A stretch of DNA of 64,000 nucleotides, taken from contig CATNEN010000007.1 in the NCBI GenBank assembly GCA_950097015.1, forward strand, positions 1,240,001 to 1,304,000, given 5' to 3'. The stretch is from Macrostomum hystrix (taxonomy: Eukaryota > Animalia > Platyhelminthes). Positions within the stretch are counted from its first letter, which is position 1. Each line of letters starts with the position of its first letter. Of this stretch, positions 34,640-46,562 are shown piece by piece. The notes under the pieces were generated by a model, which searched no databases, had not been told where the DNA came from, and saw only the letters and a program-made list of their open reading frames with translations. The translations under genes were made by a program, and so were the position numbers.

Positions 34640-35806
34640 TTTGCTGGAGTGACATTCTTGGAATTCGATGTTTGATAGTCTGCTGGAGTGACATTCTTGG
34701 AATTTGATGTTTGAGAGTCTGCTGGAGTGACACTCTTGGAATTTGATGTTTGAGAGTCTGCTGGAGTGACATTCTTGGAATTTGATGTTTGAGAGTATGC
34801 TGAAGTGACACTCTTGGAATTTGATGTTTGAGATTCTGCTGGAGTGACATTCTTGGAATTTAATGTTTGAGAGTCTGCTGGAGTGACACTCATGGAATTT
34901 GATGTTTGAGATTCTGCTGGAGTGACATTCTTGGAATTTAATGTTTGAGAGTCTGCTGGAGTGACATTCTTGGAATTTGATGTTTGAGATTCTGCTGGAG
35001 TGACATTCTTGGAATTTAATGTTTGAGAGTCTGCTGGAGTGACACTCATGGAATTTGATGTTTGAGATTCTGCTGGAGTGACATTCTTGGAATTTAATGT
35101 TTGAGAGTCTGCTGGAGTGACATTCTAGGAATTTGATGTTTGAGAGTATGCTGAAGTGACACTCTTGGAATTTGATGTTTGAGATTCTGCTGGAGTGACA
35201 TTCTTGGAATTTAATGTTTGAGAGTCTGCTGGAGTGACACTCTTGGAATTTAATGTTTGAGACTTTGCTGGAGTGACACTCTTGGAATATTTGAGAGTCT
35301 GCTGGAGTGACATTCTTGGAATTTGATGTTTGAGAGTCTGCTGGAGTGACATTCTTGGAATTTAATGTTTGAGAGTCTGCTGGAGTGACACTCTTGGAAT
35401 ATTTGAGAGCCTGCTGGAGTGACATTCTTGGAATATTTGAGAGCCTGCTGGAGTGACATTCTTGGAATATTTGAGAGTCTGCTGGAGTGACATTCTTGGA
35501 ATTTGATGTTTGAGAGTCTGCTGGAGTGACATTCTTGGAATATTTGAGAGTCTGCTGGAGTGACATTCTTGGAATATTTGAGAGCCTGCTGGAGTGACAT
35601 TCTTGGAATATTTGAGAGTCTGCTGGAGTGACATTCTTGGAATATTTGAGAGTCTGCTGGAGTGACATTCTTGGAATATTTGAGAGCCTGCTGGAGTGAC
35701 ATTCTTGGAATATTTGAGAGTCTGCTGGAGTGACATTCTTGGAATTTGATGTTTGAGAGTCTGCTGGAGTGGCACTCTTGGAATATTTGAGAGTCTGCTG
35801 GAGTGA
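34640..35806. repeat. 39-bp/33-bp minisatellite
   Basis: Unit GCTGGAGTGACATTCTTGGAATTTGATGTTTGAGAGTCT; a 6-nt-shorter variant (GGAATATTTGAG) dominates the right third. Confidence 0.96.
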
Positions 35807-36199
35807 AATTTTTAAAATTCCACGTGCTTGAGTTAAATTTGGAGCATCAATTTCACATGATCTTTAGACCAGCTTCATTAGCTGTGACCTATCATTTATC
35901 CGTATCTATTAGAAACAGGTGAGCTAAAATCAAGGTATTTTCGATAAGAAATATTTTCCAAGATCAAAAGTTGTTTTCAGCTAGGAAAAACAACCCGAAG
36001 ATTGTAACAAAAAGACGATTCTGTCATCATCATTTCCTTAAATTGGGGTAATTTAGACATCCCAATAATTGCCAACCCTGCATAGAGTTTTGTAACATTT
36101 ACAGAATCACCGATGTCATTATGATAATATACGCCCCAAAGTGAACCTTACTCTTACTCAAAGTACTCTTACTGTGTTATGCTAGCGAATGCCAAAACA

Positions 36200-36950
36200 C
36201 TGACAAAATAGCAGGCATTGTACTGAACACTGGGAGGAGAGGGCAGCGGACATTGCACTCAACAATGGGAGGAGAGGGCAGTGGACATTGTACTGAACTC
36301 TGGGAGGAGAGGGCAGTGGACATTGCACTGAACTCTGGGAGCAGTGGGCAGCGGACATTGCACTGAACACAGGGAGGAGAGGGCAGTGGACATTGCACTC
36401 AACAATCAGAGGAGAGGGCAGTGGACATTGCACTCAACAATCGGAGGAGAGGGCAGTGGACATTGCACTCAACAATCGGAGGAGAGGGCAGCGGACATTG
36501 CACTCAACAATCGGAGGAGAGGGCAGTGGACATTGCACTGAACAATCGGAGGAGAGGGCAGTGGACATTGCACTGAACAATCGGAGGAGAGGGCAGCGGA
36601 CATTGCACTCAACAATCGGAGGAGAGGGCAGCGGACATTGCACTCAACAATCGGAGGAGAGGGCAGCGGACATTGCACTCAACAATCGGAGGAGAGGGCA
36701 GCGGACATTGCACTCAACAATCGGAGGAGAGGGCAGTGGACATTGCACTGAACAATCGGAGGAGAGGGCAGTGGACATTGCACTCAACAATCGGAGGAGA
36801 GGGCAGCGGACATTGCACTCAACAATCGGAGGAGAGGGCAGCGGACATTGCACTCAACAATCGGAGGAGAGGGCAGTGGACATTGCACTCAACAATCGGA
36901 GGAGAGGGCAGTGGACATTGCACTGAACAATGGGTGGAGAGGGCAGTGGA
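36200..36950. repeat. 35-bp minisatellite, about 21 copies
   Basis: Unit GGACATTGCACTCAACAATCGGAGGAGAGGGCAG(T/C). Confidence 0.96.
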
Positions 36951-37244
36951 TATATTGTTTGTTTTGAATCGTGTAATCCCATGCAGAAAAACCTTTAGAG
37001 AAATGAATTTCACATGGTTAGGGATCGGTAAGAGATTTTTATTTACCTGACAAAAAGTGCTAAAAAATGATCAATTCATCAATCCATATGGTCGAGCTTT
37101 TTTACAAACTACCGCGGGATCTGGGTGCTGAGAAATGGGAACAGATCAATCAGTAAAATCTACCACCTATTTGATTTTCAGTGTCGTGTATGCACAGGGA
37201 ATATTTGATAAAGTTCAAGTCAGGCACAATATCTGAGCCTAAGG

Positions 37245-37939
37245 AACAGTTTCTGCTGCGATTCTAGCTACGGTTCCTGCTGCGATTCTAGCTACGGTTC
37301 CTGCTGCGATTCTAGCTACGGTTCCTGCTGCGATTCTAGATACAGTTCCTGCTGCGATTCTAGATACGGTTCCTGCTGCGATTCTAGCTACAGTTCCTGC
37401 TGCGATTCTAGCTACGGTTCCTGCTGCGATTCTAGCTACGGTTCCTGCTGCGATTCTAGCTACGGTTCCTGCTGCGATTCTAGCTACGGTTCCTGCTGCG
37501 ATTCTAGCTACGGTTCCCGCTGCGATTCTAGCTACAGTTCCTGCTGCGATTCTAGCTACGGTTCCTGCTGCGATTCTAGCTACGGTTCCTGCTGCGATTC
37601 TAGCTACGGTTCCTGCTGCGATTCTAGCTACGGTTCCTGTTGCGATTCTAGCTACGGTTCCTGCTGCGATTCTAGCTACGGTTCCTGCTGCGATTATAGC
37701 TACGGTTCCTGCTGCGATTCTAGCTACGGTTCCTGCTGCGATTCTAGCTACAGTTCCTGCTGCGATTCTAGCTACGGTTCCTGCTGCGATTCTAGCTACG
37801 GTTCCTGCTGCGATTCTAGCTACAGTTCCTGCTGCGATTCTAGCTACGGTTCCTGCTGCGATTCTAGCTACAGTTCCTGCTGCGATTCTAGCTACGGTTC
37901 CTGCTGCGATTCTAGCTACGGTTCCTGCTGCGATTCTAG
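37245..37939. repeat. 24-bp minisatellite, about 29 copies
   Basis: Unit GTTCCTGCTGCGATTCTAGCTACG. Confidence 0.97.
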
Positions 37940-38427
37940 ATTCTAGATTTTTAAGTTGTCCTAACAATGCAATTGGAAACTTAGAGCAAGCAAAATAAAC
38001 TGCAATTAAAAAAACAGTTCTCCATTATGAAAATTACAAGTTGTTAAAAATAGGAGCCTGGACTGAAGGGTGAGATCTGAACATAACTGTCAGTGGCTCT
38101 AGTTTAAAGGAATTTCAGACGCCCTAATTCTAGTTATCTAGATCTGGTTTTGGCTGTAGGAGCCAATGAGCCAAGTTTCTGTTTGTTAGTCTAGAACATC
38201 ACGTGAGTCACGTGATCAGTGCTCTGTAGTTCAGTGAGGCAGCCAATGACGCTAGCCACTCCCCTTACAGGGAGCTCGATGAGGCATGTGCAAGTTAGGA
38301 AAATTATACAGAAGGTCTTGCAGCAACACCTGCTCGCTTAAACTGGCACACGCATTCAGATTTTAAAGACGTTTTTCACCTGCTTCACTAGAAAGTTAGT
38401 AGAATGACAATAGGACTTGTCAAGAGA

Positions 38428-38646
38428 CTCTTAGCGGAGTGCCAAGTAAATCTTAGCGGAGTGCCAAGAGAATCTTAGCGGAGTGCCAAGTGAATCTTAG
38501 CGGAGTGCCAAGAGAATCTTAGCGGAGTGCCAAGTGAATCTTAGCGGAGTGCCAAGTGAATCTTAGCGGAGTGCCAAGTGAATCTAAGCGGAGTGCCAAG
38601 AGGATCTTAGCGGAGTGCCAAGTGAGTATTAGCGGGATCTTAGCGG
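38428..38646. repeat. 22-bp minisatellite, about 9 copies, next to a splice donor
   Basis: Unit AATCTTAGCGGAGTGCCAAG(T/A)G. Confidence 0.93.
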
Positions 38647-38668
38647 ATCAGGCAGTGGTGCAGCTCAC

Positions 38669-39069
38669 AGAAGCATCGAACCCTAGACGTTGCCTGCTCC
38701 CCGATGGCGGTGCAGCACAGCAGCAGCAGCAGCAGCAGGCCGGGGGCAAAGTACACAATGCGGCTGGGGTAGGGCACGGCATGCCGAGTGGCACAGTAGT
38801 ACTCCAGCAGGCGCATCTGCACGTACAGCAGCAGAACGGCCACACGCAGAGCGGTGGTCAGGTACTCCATCACAGCACCCTCGAAGAACAGCAGGCGAAC
38901 TGAGAGCAGCGCGGCTTCCAGCACGATGAGGCCCTGGAGGCTGAGCACGGCGGAGAAGCGAACCCGGTCGGTTGGCGGGTGGAGCAGCAGTGCCGTCAGG
39001 GTGCTCCACAGCACAGCGGATCCGAAGGCAACGAGAAGCAGGACCAGGGCGGCTGACAGCACAACGCGT
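38669..39069 (-). CDS. 7TM membrane protein exon (TM1-TM4)
   Basis: Acceptor ttccgcag| at 39070-39071 (phase 2). Four hydrophobic segments: RVVLSAALVLLLVAFGSAVLW, FSAVLSLQGLIVLEAALLSVRLLFF, YLTTALRVAVLLLYV, IVYFAPGLLLLLLLCCTAIG. Donor T|gtgagc at 38667-38668 (phase 1). Confidence 0.75.
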
Positions 39070-39127
39070 CTGCGGAATTTCCAAAATCGGGAGAATATGA
39101 GCCTGGGGATTTATGGGTGGGTAGAGA

Positions 39128-39866
39128 AGGGCGGAAATCTGCAGTGGAATCAGGAGGGCGGAAATCTGCAGTGGAATCAGGAGGGCGGAAATCTGCAGTG
39201 GAATCAGAAGGGCGGAAATCTGCAGTGGAATCAGGAGGGCGGAAATCTGCAGTGGAATCAGGAGGGCGGAAATCTGCAGTGGAATCAGAAGGGCGGAAAT
39301 CTGCAGTGGAATCAGGAGGGCGGAAATCTGCTGTAGGATCATGAGGACAGAAATCTGCTGTAGGATCAGGAGGGTAGAAATCTGCTGTAGGATCAGGAGG
39401 GTAGAAATCTGCTGTAGGATCAGGAGGACAGAAATCTGCTGTAGGATCAGGAGGACAGAAATCTGCTACAGGATCAGGAGGACAGAAATCTGCTGTAGGA
39501 TCAGGAGGACAGAAATCTGCTGTAGGGCCAGGAGGGTAGAAATCTGCTGTAGGATCAGGAGGGTAGAAATCTGCTATAGGATCAGGAGGACAGAAATCTG
39601 CTGTAGGATCAGGAGGGTAGAAATCTGCTATAGGATCAGGAGGACAGAAATCTGCTGTAGGATCAGGAGGGTAGAAATCTGCTGTAGGATCAGGAGGACA
39701 GAAATCTGCTGTAGGATCAGGAGGACAGAAATCTGCTGTAGGGCCAGGAGGGTAGAAATCTGCTGTAGGATCAGGAGGACAGAAATCTGCTGTAGGGCCA
39801 GGAGGGTAGAAATCTGCTGTAGGATCAGGAGGGTAGAAATCTGCTGTAGGATCAGGAGGGTAGAAA
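39128..39866 (+). repeat. 27-bp minisatellite, left arm of an inverted pair
   Basis: GGAATCAGGAGGGCGGAAATCTGCAGT variant, then AGGATCAGGAGG(ACA/GTA)GAAATCTGCTGT. Confidence 0.96.
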
Positions 39867-40527
39867 TGCGGGTTCAGTATGTGAACACATTTTCTCTCTC
39901 GTTGGAATGTGGGATTTTATATTCTAAAATGATCCCTTATTAGGGAATAAATGGTGGTTCTAAATTTTACTTGAATATTTTAACTTGCGGGTACATTTAG
40001 GATACTATAGTAAATAATGTTTTCACCTGCCCGTGTATTTCAACATTTGTTAAATTACTGTTAAAACTAGCTGTTGAAAAGGACATCATGCGAGTGAATA
40101 AAGGCGGCAGGTGATTCACACAGGAAATGAGTCCCAACAACCCAGCCTTGGAACCCAATTGTCTGAAACCCAATCCCCCAGACAATATCCGCTCGGTTTG
40201 AGGGGGAGGGGAAAGGGCAACTCAGATGTCCGAAATCCGCATTCCTGAGCGGGGATGAAATATTCATCAATAAAAGACCGATGTAGCTCGTATAATCCTC
40301 TCTGGCTTGGTGAAATTCTTTTAGCTGACAATTCCGAGCCGACAATCAACTCGCCTCTGCGTCGATTTAGCATCGATGCCCAACCCAATCAGATAAATGT
40401 ATGCGCGGATTTTAATGCCATCTCACAAAATGTGCGGTTAAAGTGCACCGCGCTTTTAATTCTTACACTAGTGTACTTTATGGCCTGTGCAGCATCTCAC
40501 AATACTAACAGCTCGATTTCTTCAATC

Positions 40528-41352
40528 CTCCTGATCCTACAGCAGATTTCTGTCCTCCTGATCCTACAGCAGATTTCTGTCCTCCTGATCCTACAGCAGA
40601 TTTCTGTCCTCCTGATCCTACAGCAGATTTCTGTCCTCCTGATCCTACAGCAGATTTCTGTCCTCCTGATCCTACAGCAGATTTCTGTCCTCCTGATCCT
40701 ACAGCAGATTTCTGTCCTCCTGATCCTACAGCAGATTTCTGTCCTCCTGATCCTACAGCAGATTTCTGTCCTCCTGATCCTACAGCAGATTTCTACCCTC
40801 CTGATCCTACAGCAGATTTCTACCCTCCTGATCCTACAGCAGATTTCTACCCTCCTGATCCTACAGCAGATTTCTACCCTCCTGATCCTACAGCAGATTT
40901 CTACCCTCCTGATCCTACAGCAGATTTCTACCCTCCTGACCGTACAGCGGATTTCTACCCTCCTGACCAAACAGCAGATTTCTACCCTCCTGGACCTACA
41001 GCAGATTTCTACCCTCCTGACCAAACAGCAGATTTCTACCCTCCTGGCCCTACAGCAGATTTCTACCTTCCTGGCCCTACAGCAGATTTCTACCCTCCTG
41101 GCCCTACAGCAGATTTCTACCCTCCTGACCCTACAGCAGATTTCTACCCTCCTGACCAAACAGCAGATTTCTACCCTCCTGACCAAACAGCAGATTTCTA
41201 CCCTCCTGACCGTACAGCAGATTTCTACCCTCCTGACCAAACAGCAGATTTCTACCCTCCTGGACCTACAGCAGATTTCTACCCTCCTGACCCTACAGCA
41301 GATGTCTACCCTCCTGACCGTACAGCAGATTTCTACCCTCCTGGCCCTACAG
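40528..41352 (-). repeat. 27-bp minisatellite, right arm (reverse complement of the left array)
   Basis: Unit CTGATCCTACAGCAGATTTCT(GTC/ACC)CTC is the reverse complement of the 39341-39866 unit. Confidence 0.96.
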
Positions 41353-41856
41353 TAATTTTCACGCCAGATTTAGCAGCAGGTTTCAATCGGTAGCATATTC
41401 ATGTAAGAAGATCGCTGCGAGGTCAGTAAAACAGATTCTCTGAAATAAAGGAGAAAAAAGTCATTTGTAAGGATTCGGAGCGCAAAATGGGTTGCGACAA
41501 GGCGTCTTGAAGAATCCCATTTGAGTGAGAAATAAAAAAAATATGGGAATTTTTTATGTGAGCAGTCGAGTGCACTTAATTAGTTTCTGAAAGGTCCCAA
41601 ATTTCCAGACGAACTCCTGATACCTGACATTTGATTAACACACTGCAATAATGACGTGCAGTACTGAATTTTATACCAGATTTTTTTAATTTTTATAACT
41701 TTTTGTTTATAATTTTTTTTCTTCTCTGAGATAATTTTCCTTAGATGAAAATTTTCCTTCCTTAGAAAAATGATCATAAATTGAAGTGACATGTTCAGAT
41801 TCGGTGATGAAATGCTTTGGTTGCTTCCTTTATGGCCAAGACTTTGGCTCATGAGT

Positions 41857-42107
41857 CCATTTCGCTGACTCCTGAGCACACACGCACACAGATACTGTAC
41901 GCAGGCACACACTCTCACAGATGTGTACATCTTCCGACTTTGTCATCGTCAGGCAGTGTACACTCTCACGGTGCCTTGGAGGTTGGCCCTCAAAGGCGTA
42001 CATTGCAAGACAATTGCGAGCCCTCCAAGCCTTCTCTCCGCGGCTGCGCCCGAAATTGAATGTGGCCTCGCCGCGGAATCGAGCTCAAGGACCTTGGTTG
42101 GAGAGGC
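41857..42107 (-). mobile_element. tRNA-derived SINE family A copy in intron 1 of the 7TM gene
   Basis: Colinear with 13745-13975 (CTGACTCCTGAGCACACACGCACACAGATAC...CCTCGCCGCGGAATCGAGCTCA(A/G)GGACCTTGGT). Confidence 0.78.
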
Positions 42108-42150
42108 AAACCTCGCAGATTTTGGAAAACAAAGAGAATCTGCGACTCAC

Positions 42151-42332
42151 TCCACGCAGGCTTGATAGTCGAAGGTCCAGTTGAGGAAGCCGCATTGTTT
42201 GATTGTGACATCGTGACTGAGACTGTACAGCTCCACTGGTGATGATGGTGTTGCTAGGCTCCATTTTTTCAGGTGCTTTGAGCGGGTGTGGCGGGAGGAC
42301 AGCACTAGCGGGCCGGAGACTGGGCTGGGGCA
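42151..42332 (-). CDS. Probable first coding exon of the 7TM protein; 5' boundary uncertain
   Basis: Donor GA|gtgagt at 42149-42150 (phase 2) matches the 39069 exon. GC3-rich frame ...VELYSLSHDVTIKQCGFLNWTFDYQACVE has an N-glycosylation sequon. There is no in-frame ATG back to the acceptor gttttag| at 42333-42334. Confidence 0.5.
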
Positions 42333-42564
42333 CTAAAACTAGCTGTGATTGATTGATTGACACGTCAGCTGCGACTTGCTGCGTTCAGCTGGAATAAAAT
42401 TCTTCGAAAATTAAAGATTTTGCCGTGATCCAGACTCAGTTAAAATAAATAGGCTTTCCTAAAAGTTAAACAAGCGTTTAAGCAAATTTACTTCTAAGCA
42501 AACAGTTTCATAAATCACTGATTGTAAAATTATTATAATTAAAAATTAGGGTTGATATTCGGGA

Positions 42565-42790
42565 GCTTGTAAGCCCAGCTATGAGCCCTTCGGACTTCAG
42601 ACAAACAGGTCGGGAGTTCGAATCGAGTCCGAGTTTTTTTTTTAGTTTATCCAGCTGTAAAATGCGAACTAGCATTAGCTGGAGTGAAAAAAAATTGGTG
42701 GCTATGGTGGCTCCCAGTCCATGGACTGAACAGTGCAAGCCTTTGGGTAAGCTTCGCGCAATGCCACCGACTGTACAAGTGGGCCAACTG
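42565..42790 (+). mobile_element. Diverged family-B-related SINE
   Basis: B-box GGGAGTTCGAATCG, then CCAGCTGTAAAATGCGAACTAGCATTAGCTGG...CCCAGTCCATGGACTGAACAG, matching the reverse complement of about 10285-10362. Confidence 0.6.
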
Positions 42791-43469
42791 GGTTCGGCGT
42801 CATTCCTATCTATAAAATAAAAGTGCACAATATGCCGCATACAATAAATAATGTTTTCGCCAAACTGAAAAGTGCAAAATCTATGATTAGCCGGTCCAAC
42901 CAAACGGGCAGGTTCATTTTCGCATGAATTCTTCCGTGTTACCCGTTTAAGACGAAAATTGGCAATGGCAAGGTAGACAGCGGGGGAGTTAATTTTCTCT
43001 AAGCAACAGAATCATATTTTTCCGCTATAAGCCTGGCAGACTGAAAGCAGTTAGTAGGGCTAACAATCATGATGCTATGTTTCCAAGAATACAATAGAGC
43101 TCATTGTTTTAAATGTGAGTAAAGCGTAGAATGCCTCAACAGATGCTCATTAAAACACCTGGGCTTGGCAAAATTACAGGGGCGTGAATAAAATTTGCTG
43201 ACAAAAAATAGTAAAAAACTCACATCAGGAGACTGAGAGGAGCGCAGATGTGGCTCGTGAAATGGCAAAAATGTTAACTAATGTGATTGCCAAATTAAGT
43301 CCGGAAATTTTTAAGCAATATTTTCACACAGATCAAAGAGCTAGAAATTTATAAACATTAACCTTAGAAACAACTATCCCTAAAAAAACTAAAATGTCAT
43401 CGGAAAATAACATAAAAATCATCCTGCAGGACAAAATTATTAATTAATTACTTCACAGATCCACAAATA

Positions 43470-44160
43470 TGCCTACAAAACCCAGATATCTCCCTACAAA
43501 ACCCAGATATCTCCCTACAAAACCCAGATATCTCCCTACAAAACCCAGATCTCTCCCTACAAAACCAAGATGTCTCCCTACAAAACCCAGATGTCTCCCT
43601 ACAAAAAACCCAGATATCTCCCTACAAAAAACCCAGATGTCTCCCTACAAAACCCATATGTCTCCCTACAAAACCCAGATGTCTCCCTACAAAAAACCCA
43701 GACGTCTCCCTACAAAAACCAGATATCTCCCTACAAAACCCAGATACCTCCCTACAAAAACCCAGATATCTCCCTACAAAAACGCAGATACCTCCCTACA
43801 AAAACCCAGATATCTCCCTATAAAAACCAGATATCTCCCTACAAAACCCAGATATCTCCCTACAAAACCCAGATACCTCCCTACAAAACCCAGATACCTC
43901 CCTACAAAAACCCAGATATCTCCCTACAAAACCCAGATGTCTCCCTACAAAAAACCCAGATATCTCCCTACAAAACCCAGATGTCTCCCTACAAAAAACC
44001 CAGACGTCTCCCTACAAAAACCCAGATACCTCCCTACAAAAAACCCAGATATCTCCCTACAAAAACCCAGATACCTCCCTACAAAAAACCCAGATACCTC
44101 CCTACAAAAAACCCAGATATCGCCAAACAAAGAGCACATGTCTTCCTACAAAACCCAAAA
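43470..44160. repeat. 21-23-bp minisatellite with a variable A-run
   Basis: Unit CCCAGAT(A/G)(T/C)CTCCCTAC(A)n. Confidence 0.95.
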
Positions 44161-46562
44161 ATATCCCGAAAAATGTAAAGTTAAATTTCAAAAAACCTAG
44201 AAATAACCTACAAAGCCACAACATATCTTTCAAAAAACTGAAATCTCTAAAGAAGTGCAGAGATTTGTCACGAAGTCAACGAAATCCTGCCTCAGCCTAC
44301 AAATACGTTAAAAAGCAACACCCTTCAGCCTGCACATGTAAGGACATTCGAAGCAAACAGGCGGAACCGAAGTTAAAGCAGATTTTATGAAAACTCGTTA
44401 GCTTGCGTTAGCACACAAGCCAGACAGTAAAACTCCGCTTCATAAATCAGACTTTTAAGTTAAGCAACTGCGTGGCACCGACAGTGGAAGTCAGCCCGCT
44501 CGAGTTCGCTAGCATTGCCAATGTGCAAACCGGAAACTGCAGGCGGTTCCGTATGGCCAAGCTCTGCCAATGCCTCTCGGTGGGCCGAGCCAACAGCAAA
44601 CAGCTAAAAACGCGCCCTGTTGATATGCATGATTCCGCGCACCGCTGGACATTATACTGTCGCGAATATTACGAAAAAGTAGCTTCATCCAGCAGGTTGA
44701 GCGCAGCCAACTTAATCCACCCAACTCTCTTCTGTCGCCTCTTCAGACCCAATCCATTTCTGCGCGCTCCTCACTTCTCAGAAGCCATGCGAGCCACTGA
44801 GCAGCGAAGCTGGTTGCCAACAAAGTGCGAAGCTGCTTGCTGAGAGAGGTTGAGCACAAGAGGGCGGAGGCACAGCCAGCAGTTGAGACACTTTTCAAGA
44901 GAGAAGCGTGACGCGAGAGTCGCCTAATTAAACTTCAGCGCCTTCAAGCGACTGCCAGCCAGACGCCTGCTAGCAAACGATTTCTTAGCCTACCGTCGGA
45001 AGCTGTGGGCGGATGGCGAATCGATTTCTTCTGCGTGGAAGAGTGCTGGGGCAATTGGGGGCAGGGGAGCGGGGTGAAGGGACCGGCCACACCAGCCTCG
45101 TGTAGAGTTTCAGGGCTTGCTTAAGTTTAAGTCTCTCTTGCCCACCGCATGCGTCTCAGCGTGTCTCATCTATTTTTTGGCAGACTAAAAGAGAGCTGCA
45201 AAGAAAAGCTCGCCCATTCTAAATGCGTGTTTAAACGATGGCTGTCTCAGATACAGTCGCTGGAAGAACTCGCTGCTACCACTTGCTGCCATTGATCAGA
45301 TAAAATGTGCGATTGCTTGAGCTCTACAAAACAATCCGAGTAGAATCTGAAATTCTCTTTGACTGTGAGCTTCTCAAAGCCGATGGCGAGGTAAAAAGAA
45401 AACTGTTTTTACTGCTCCTTTGTTGATAATTTGTGCTAAAAAACGAATTAGTCAATCAAACAGCATACACAAGGATGCACAGCTAATTGACTGTTGGAGC
45501 TATCAGGCCAGTGGACACATCTTTCAAACAACATGATTCTTAGGCCGCCTTAATTCTGAACTTTTCACTTCAGCAAGCAAGTCCGCAATGAAGGGTTGCT
45601 GCAGAGTTGGCCCAACTTGTTAAAAACTTGGCGTGCACTTTTGGCTGGGCCCAGCAACCGAGCTTCAGAGGGGAAGAGGGGGGAGAACACAAGAAAGCCG
45701 AGCGGAGAATTTAGTTTGATGAGACAAAAATCTATTCCGCGGACGGGCCAAGACCAAAGAGAAAGAAATGACGGATAAAAATGAGTAGCAGAGGCGCGGG
45801 TGATTGGGGGATCAGCAGATGAGGAGCCCCTGGCTACTGGGTTAATGAAATCTACATTGGAGAGGCTGGGAACAGCCCGCACTCTATGGAAAATAATAAT
45901 CCGCTAGGTTGACCACAGTCGCCATGCCTGAATGGACGTCGAGCTCATGGAGCAGCTGAGTATGCTGAGCAAACGGGCCTCCGATAGCAGCATCATTTCT
46001 ATAGACACCAGTCCAACTCGCACCAGCTGCCAGCCCGAGGTGGATTCAAAGGAAACATGCATTTGCACTTATAATGCGAGCACTTGTAGGTAGCAGGGAT
46101 ACGCCCATGATTGTGTCTGTGGCATCTGAATTACTAGTTACTAGACATGCTGAAGTTTGCCGGAAAATCCACTTTGGGTTAAGAAGAGAAAATGTGCACG
46201 CGCCATCTTAAACTATTACAGAGTGCTCAACTTGCGCCTGCCAGTCTCTTTATTCTGTCACTTTTTTAATTCTTCTCTCCTTCCGATTCTAATCAATAAA
46301 CTAGAGACTTAAGAAGGCCGGCCACGACTTAGCTAAGAAAATGGCGAAGCGGCAACAGGATGGCAAATTTAGAGACATTGGCTGTGGCCACAAGGCAGCG
46401 GACCAATGGAAAGAGTGGTCCAGTGCTTCAACTTCAAGCCACCCCTGCCTGCTATTTCTCTTACCCCGATGAAGCATAAAGCAGATCCCGGCCAGAGCCA
46501 TTTGCAGCTTTGCTCTCACCAGCAGAGAAAACAATCACTCCAAGGTGAAGACGTCAATCAAC

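Noticed and set aside
42565-42640. tRNA-like sequence followed by a T-run (possible tRNA gene)
   Set aside because: The cloverleaf does not close, and the downstream sequence continues as SINE family B body.
29603-44200. Repetitive ORFs (MEGSMTNLEAL, SPTLSPISY, SKNVTPADSQ, RIAAGTVA, RIRRTEICC, LILQQISTL, PTKPRYL)
   Set aside because: These are translations of minisatellites, lying mostly inside introns of the 7TM gene, with no splice or codon-bias support.
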